The notes under the pieces: generated by a model | Database searches by the model: none | Told to the model about the DNA's origin: nothing | Seen by the model: the letters and a program-made list of their open reading frames with translations, nothing else | Shown here: one piece after another, positions 26,254 through 29,994 of the stretch | Position numbering within the stretch: position 1 is the first letter of the stretch | Layout of the letters: the number at the start of each line of letters is the position of its first letter | Translations under genes and position numbers: made by a program | Assembly: GCA_902773455.1 (NCBI GenBank) | Contig: CACYEW010000214.1 | Location: 1 to 29,994 of the forward strand | Origin: an uncultured Ruminococcus sp. | GTDB taxonomy: Bacteria; Bacillota; Clostridia; Oscillospirales; CAG-272 | Length of the DNA: 29,994 bases | Direction of reading: 5' to 3'

Positions 26254-27794
26254 TATTCCGCCGCGCTCTGGAAAGAGTCGATGAGCTTGTTCAGACCTTT
26301 GTTGACTTTGTTGACCTGAGCGGCTTTCGTGTTCGCAACGGTGTTTTTGCCCTGTTTGATCATATTTCTCATGGCTGTGAACAGAGAGGTCACCTGGCTG
26401 TCTTCCGGCATATAACCGATATCGCAGGTGCGGTGAGCGAATATGATCGGCAGCATATCCTTGGATTCGTAATCGCGCGTTCCTTTCGCGATCAGCGACT
26501 TTTCGTAGTAAGCGGGAGTAAGAATGTTCTTGCCCTCTACCGCGAGCGCCTGCATTATCATACCTGCGCGTTCGAATCTGTCGTTCTTTGCTTCGATACC
26601 CTTCGTTATCATCGCGCAGAGAGTGACTCCGGCGACGGAGTGAGTCGTGTAATACTTCTGATCCTTGTCGAATTTGGGCATCGGGATGATACCGTAGTTC
26701 GTGTCCATATCGCGGAGTCTTATCGCGCACTGCATGACCTCCGAATAGAACAGAGCTCTGTTTTCTTCAAACATCTGCTGAGCGGTAAGATGCACCGCGC
26801 CGTTCGGAGCCGCCGACGGGTAATCGTGGCAGTCGAACGTGATCTTGTTCGCGGCGTAATAGATCTTTATCGCGGCGTCGATGATCTTGCTGTTTCTTTC
26901 GTTGCCGAAATCGAGATAAGGCAGATCCGTGTTGTCTTTTTTGATGATCCTGCCGTCGGCGGCGTAGAACAGACCCTGCGTGAAGTCGATCGTCGTCGAT
27001 ATGCCGTAAATGTCTTTTTCGTCGGTCTTGCTGTTGTTGTTTTCGTCCGAATACATATCCTTGGTGATCTCGTAAAGCTTGTCGAAGGTCCATTCGTTGT
27101 CGTTCACGAGCTTGTATATATCGAGGTCGTAGTCGGTGGCGAGCTTTTTGTTGAACATCATTACCCACGTGGCGTCGTTATCCATCGTGGTGATCTCGCC
27201 GGTAGCGAAATAGTTCTGACCGCCGATCGACGTCTGAGAAAGGTAAGACTGATCCCATGCGTCGCTTGAAAGATCGAGATACGGTATGTTTTCGAGATTT
27301 GCAAGATATTTGCTCTGCGCGAGCGTATAAGCGTTCGACATCACCTGCATGACGAGATCGTATTCGGGATCGCCGCCGAGCACGTCTTTCTTTACGAGGT
27401 TGCCTATCGTGCTGCGGGAAGCGTCGGTTATCATTTCGATCTTCACGCCGTAAGTGTCTTCAATGAGCTTCTGACGCTGGAAGACGGCGCTGATTACGGC
27501 GTCTTCATCGTCGGTTTCGGCGAAAAAGTCTTTGCATTCCCATTCGTTATCGTTCACGCCGGGGCAAAGTATAACGAAAGGCTCGTCGTTGAACTTATGC
27601 CCGGGGATATAATACGTGTCGGGAACCTCGGGCTCCGTCTCCGCAACCGTGTCGGCCGCTTTCGTTTCTTTGCCCGGCGCGGCGGTGGAAGCGGCGGGAC
27701 CGGGCGCGGGATTCTCCGTACATCCGGCGAAAGCCGAAGCGGCGAAGCACAGTATCAGAACTGTGATTACGGTGATAATGATTTTCTTTTTCAT
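26253..27794 (-). CDS. Extracellular solute-binding lipoprotein (carbohydrate ABC-type SBP-like)
   Basis: Signal peptide II (AFAG-C25), A/P/T linker, VFQRQKLIEDTYGVKI, GDPEYDL, EWTFDKL, FEENRALF and YGIIPMPKFD; AAGGAG RBS. Confidence 0.85.
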   Translation of the reverse strand: MKKKIIITVITVLILCFAASAFAGCTENPAPGPAASTAAPGKETKAADTVAETEPEVPDTYYIPGHKFNDEPFVILCPGVNDNEWECKDFFAETDDEDAVISAVFQRQKLIEDTYGVKIEMITDASRSTIGNLVKKDVLGGDPEYDLVMQVMSNAYTLAQSKYLANLENIPYLDLSSDAWDQSYLSQTSIGGQNYFATGEITTMDNDATWVMMFNKKLATDYDLDIYKLVNDNEWTFDKLYEITKDMYSDENNNSKTDEKDIYGISTTIDFTQGLFYAADGRIIKKDNTDLPYLDFGNERNSKIIDAAIKIYYAANKITFDCHDYPSAAPNGAVHLTAQQMFEENRALFYSEVMQCAIRLRDMDTNYGIIPMPKFDKDQKYYTTHSVAGVTLCAMITKGIEAKNDRFERAGMIMQALAVEGKNILTPAYYEKSLIAKGTRDYESKDMLPIIFAHRTCDIGYMPEDSQVTSLFTAMRNMIKQGKNTVANTKAAQVNKVNKGLNKLIDSFQSAAE

Positions 27795-27825
27795 TCTTTT
27801 TTCTCCTTATGAGGTCGTTGTGAAC

Positions 27826-27854
27826 ATTGTACCATAGAACAAAAATAAAGTCAA
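27826..27854 (-). promoter_or_regulatory. sigmaA promoter for the SBP / hypothetical / GH106-like operon
   Basis: TTGACT (27854-27849), 17 bp, TACAAT (27831-27826) with an extended TGg. Confidence 0.75.
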
Positions 27855-27908
27855 TATCTTTTATAAATATTGCATAAAACTTTGTTTGTAAATTTTTGTT
27901 TTTCCCCC

Positions 27909-27937
27909 TTTACAACCGAACCGTTTTATGATATAAT
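27909..27937 (+). promoter_or_regulatory. sigmaA promoter for the topoisomerase operon
   Basis: TTTACA (27909-27914), 17 bp, TATAAT (27932-27937) with an extended TGa. Confidence 0.7.
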
Positions 27938-27970
27938 ATACGATATCATAATAGGCGAGGCATTTGCAAA

Positions 27971-29953
27971 ATGGCAAAAAAGATCATATCAAACGACGAT
28001 ATAACCCAACTCAAAGGGCCGGACAGAATAAGGCTCAAGCCGGGCGTCATGCTCGGTTCCGACGGTATCGACGCGGTCGTGCAGACCGTTTTCGAAATCG
28101 TTTCGAACTCCATTGACGAAGCGAAGGAAGGCTACGGAGACGTTATAAACATAACCGTTTTTGCCGACAATTCCGTCGAGGTCGAGGATTTCGGCAGGGG
28201 CATACCGCTTGATTTCAACAATAAAGAACAGCGCTACAACTGGGAGCTCATATTCTGCGAGCTCTACGCGGGCGGCAAATACAATAACAACTCCGAAGAC
28301 GGCAACTATCAGTACGCTATAGGTACGAACGGTCTCGGCGCCTGCGCCACGCAGTACACGAGCGAATATATGACGGTAAAATCATACACCGGCGGATATC
28401 TGTACGAAATAAGCTTCAAAGAAGGCTACGCGGTAACGGAGCTTACGAAAACGGAGCTTTCGCGTAAAGAAAAACGCACCGGCACCGTCATCAGATGGAA
28501 ACCGGACCTGAAAGTTTTCACCGATATCAACATACCGCGCGAAACGCTTTCCGATATCATAAGAAAGCAGGCGATAGTCAACGCCGGACTTCGCTTCGTC
28601 GTCAGGTACGAAAACGAAGACAAAACGTTTGAAACGAACGAATACTATTACGAAGAAGGAATAAGAGAATATCTTGAAGAGCTGACCGGCGATAAGAAAA
28701 TAACCCAGCCGGTCGTCTGGCGCTCGGAAGGCTCCGGCAGAGACAGGGAGGACAAGCCCGAATACAAAGTCAAATTCGAACTCGCCTTCTGCTTCACCAA
28801 AGGCGTGGGCGCGATAGAATGCTTCCACAACTCGAGCTTTCTCGAAAACGGCGGTTCACCCGAAAAAGCCGTCCGAATGGCGTTTTTGTCAGCGATAGAC
28901 AAGTATTCGAAGACGGTCGCAAAAGCGAAAACGGATATGAAGATCCCGTTTTCGGATATAGCCGATTCACTCGTCATAATCGTCAACAGCCATTCGACGT
29001 ACTGCTCTTACGAGAACCAGACGAAAAAATCCATAAACAACAAATTCATATATGAATTTCTGAACAGCTATATCAAACGCAATCTCGAAATATATTTCCT
29101 CGAGAAACCGCAGGAAGCGGACGCTCTTTATAAGCAGATAATTATCAATAAAAAGAGCAGGGAGGCCGCTGAAGCCGCGAGAGCGAATATAGTGAAAGAG
29201 ATCGCGCCGTCCGGTACGGATATGACGAAGCGCGTTGAAAAGCTCGTACCGTGCAGAAGCACCGATCCGAAGGAATGCGAGCTTTTCATAGTGGAGGGCG
29301 ATTCGGCTCTCGGCTCGTGCAAAGAAGCGCGCGACGCATATTTTCAGGCCGTTATGCCTCTGCGCGGCAAAACGCTGAACTGCCTGAAAAGCACCGACGC
29401 AAAGATCCTCCAGAATCAGATCATTATGGACCTCGTGAAGGTCCTCGGCTGCGGCGCGGAGATCAAGGTCGGCAAAAAAGGCGAATCCGCTTTCAACATC
29501 AACAATCTTCGCTACCATAAGATCATAATATGCACGGACGCGGACGTGGACGGATTTCAGATAAGAACGCTCGTGCTGACGATGTTTTACAGGCTGCTGC
29601 CGACGCTCATATCCGAAGGATATATCTATATCGCCGAATCGCCGCTTTACGAAATAACCTGCGGCAAGGAGACGAGCTTCGCCTACGACGATAAAGAAAA
29701 GGCGGAAATACTCAAAAAGTACGAGGGCAAGAAGGTCTCTATACAGAGAAGCAAGGGCCTCGGTGAAAATGAACCCGATATGATGAAGCTCACGACAATG
29801 GCTCCCGCCACGCGGAGACTCATACGGGTACAGCCCTGCAACGCCGACGAGACGTACGAGATGTTCGACATCCTGCTCGGCAACAATCTCGACGGCAGAA
29901 AAGAATTCATATCCGCGCACAGCGAAGAATACTATCAGGACGCTGATATTTAA
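27971..29953 (+). CDS. gyrB: Type IIA DNA topoisomerase subunit B (GyrB/ParE family, divergent; could be the topo IV-type copy)
   Basis: GHKL motifs EIVSNSIDE, EDFGRGIP, LYAGGKY, GTNGLG and GT; TOPRIM motifs VEGDSALGS, PLRGKTLN and CTDADVDG; C-terminal KGLGE...TTM.P..RRLI. Confidence 0.88.
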   Translation: MAKKIISNDDITQLKGPDRIRLKPGVMLGSDGIDAVVQTVFEIVSNSIDEAKEGYGDVINITVFADNSVEVEDFGRGIPLDFNNKEQRYNWELIFCELYAGGKYNNNSEDGNYQYAIGTNGLGACATQYTSEYMTVKSYTGGYLYEISFKEGYAVTELTKTELSRKEKRTGTVIRWKPDLKVFTDINIPRETLSDIIRKQAIVNAGLRFVVRYENEDKTFETNEYYYEEGIREYLEELTGDKKITQPVVWRSEGSGRDREDKPEYKVKFELAFCFTKGVGAIECFHNSSFLENGGSPEKAVRMAFLSAIDKYSKTVAKAKTDMKIPFSDIADSLVIIVNSHSTYCSYENQTKKSINNKFIYEFLNSYIKRNLEIYFLEKPQEADALYKQIIINKKSREAAEAARANIVKEIAPSGTDMTKRVEKLVPCRSTDPKECELFIVEGDSALGSCKEARDAYFQAVMPLRGKTLNCLKSTDAKILQNQIIMDLVKVLGCGAEIKVGKKGESAFNINNLRYHKIIICTDADVDGFQIRTLVLTMFYRLLPTLISEGYIYIAESPLYEITCGKETSFAYDDKEKAEILKKYEGKKVSIQRSKGLGENEPDMMKLTTMAPATRRLIRVQPCNADETYEMFDILLGNNLDGRKEFISAHSEEYYQDADI

Positions 29954-29970
29954 GGTGAGGACGGTATAAA

Positions 29971-29994
29971 ATGGCAAGAAAAAAGAAAACAGAA
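29971..29994 (+). CDS. N-terminus (MARKKKTE) of the next gene, probably the cognate topoisomerase subunit A (GyrA/ParC); partial
   Basis: ATG at 29971 after an AAGGTGAGG RBS. Only 8 codons are visible; identity is inferred from position after a B subunit. Confidence 0.45.

Noticed and set aside
26254-26730. 159-codon N-terminal extension of the 25222-26730 ORF inside the SBP gene
   Set aside because: It is an Arg/His-rich off-frame read of the SBP coding sequence. A coupled ATG at 26253 (TAATG) explains the real start, and I saw no slippery site suggesting a programmed frameshift fusion.

Overview
Chromosomal window from a Gram-positive anaerobe, most likely Clostridia. This is inferred from the sigmaA-type TTGACA/TATAAT promoters, GGAGG RBSs, SLH repeats, a Re-citrate synthase, DUF4330/DUF4358-like genes and the lon-engB and ptsH-uvrC gene orders. 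Housekeeping genes: scpA (partial), M50 site-2 protease, lysA, engB, lon, rimM, trmD, ptsH, uvrC, rsmD, coaD, Re-citrate synthase, a divergent type IIA topoisomerase B subunit, and the first codons of its probable A subunit. Interleaved with these are surface and glycan genes: a dppA / DUF4091 (GH123-like) / 6-TM membrane protein operon, a GH99/71-like lipoprotein, an O-antigen-ligase-like protein followed by two DUF4330-like genes, a DUF4358-like lipoprotein, an 837-aa SLH + beta-propeller + Ig lipoprotein, and a solute-binding protein / unknown beta-rich protein / GH106-like operon. I saw no rRNA, tRNA, CRISPR array, transposase, integrase or phage gene. Nothing here is an unmistakable new system. 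The best leads are (i) a shared K[P/A]ADT linker motif in three unrelated lipoproteins, (ii) a Wzy_C-like protein that appears to lack its conserved Arg/His residues, (iii) SLH repeats in which TRAE is replaced by TYGE/TYAE, and (iv) two permease-less glycan operons containing uncharacterised proteins. All family assignments come from motif recognition by eye; no searches were run.
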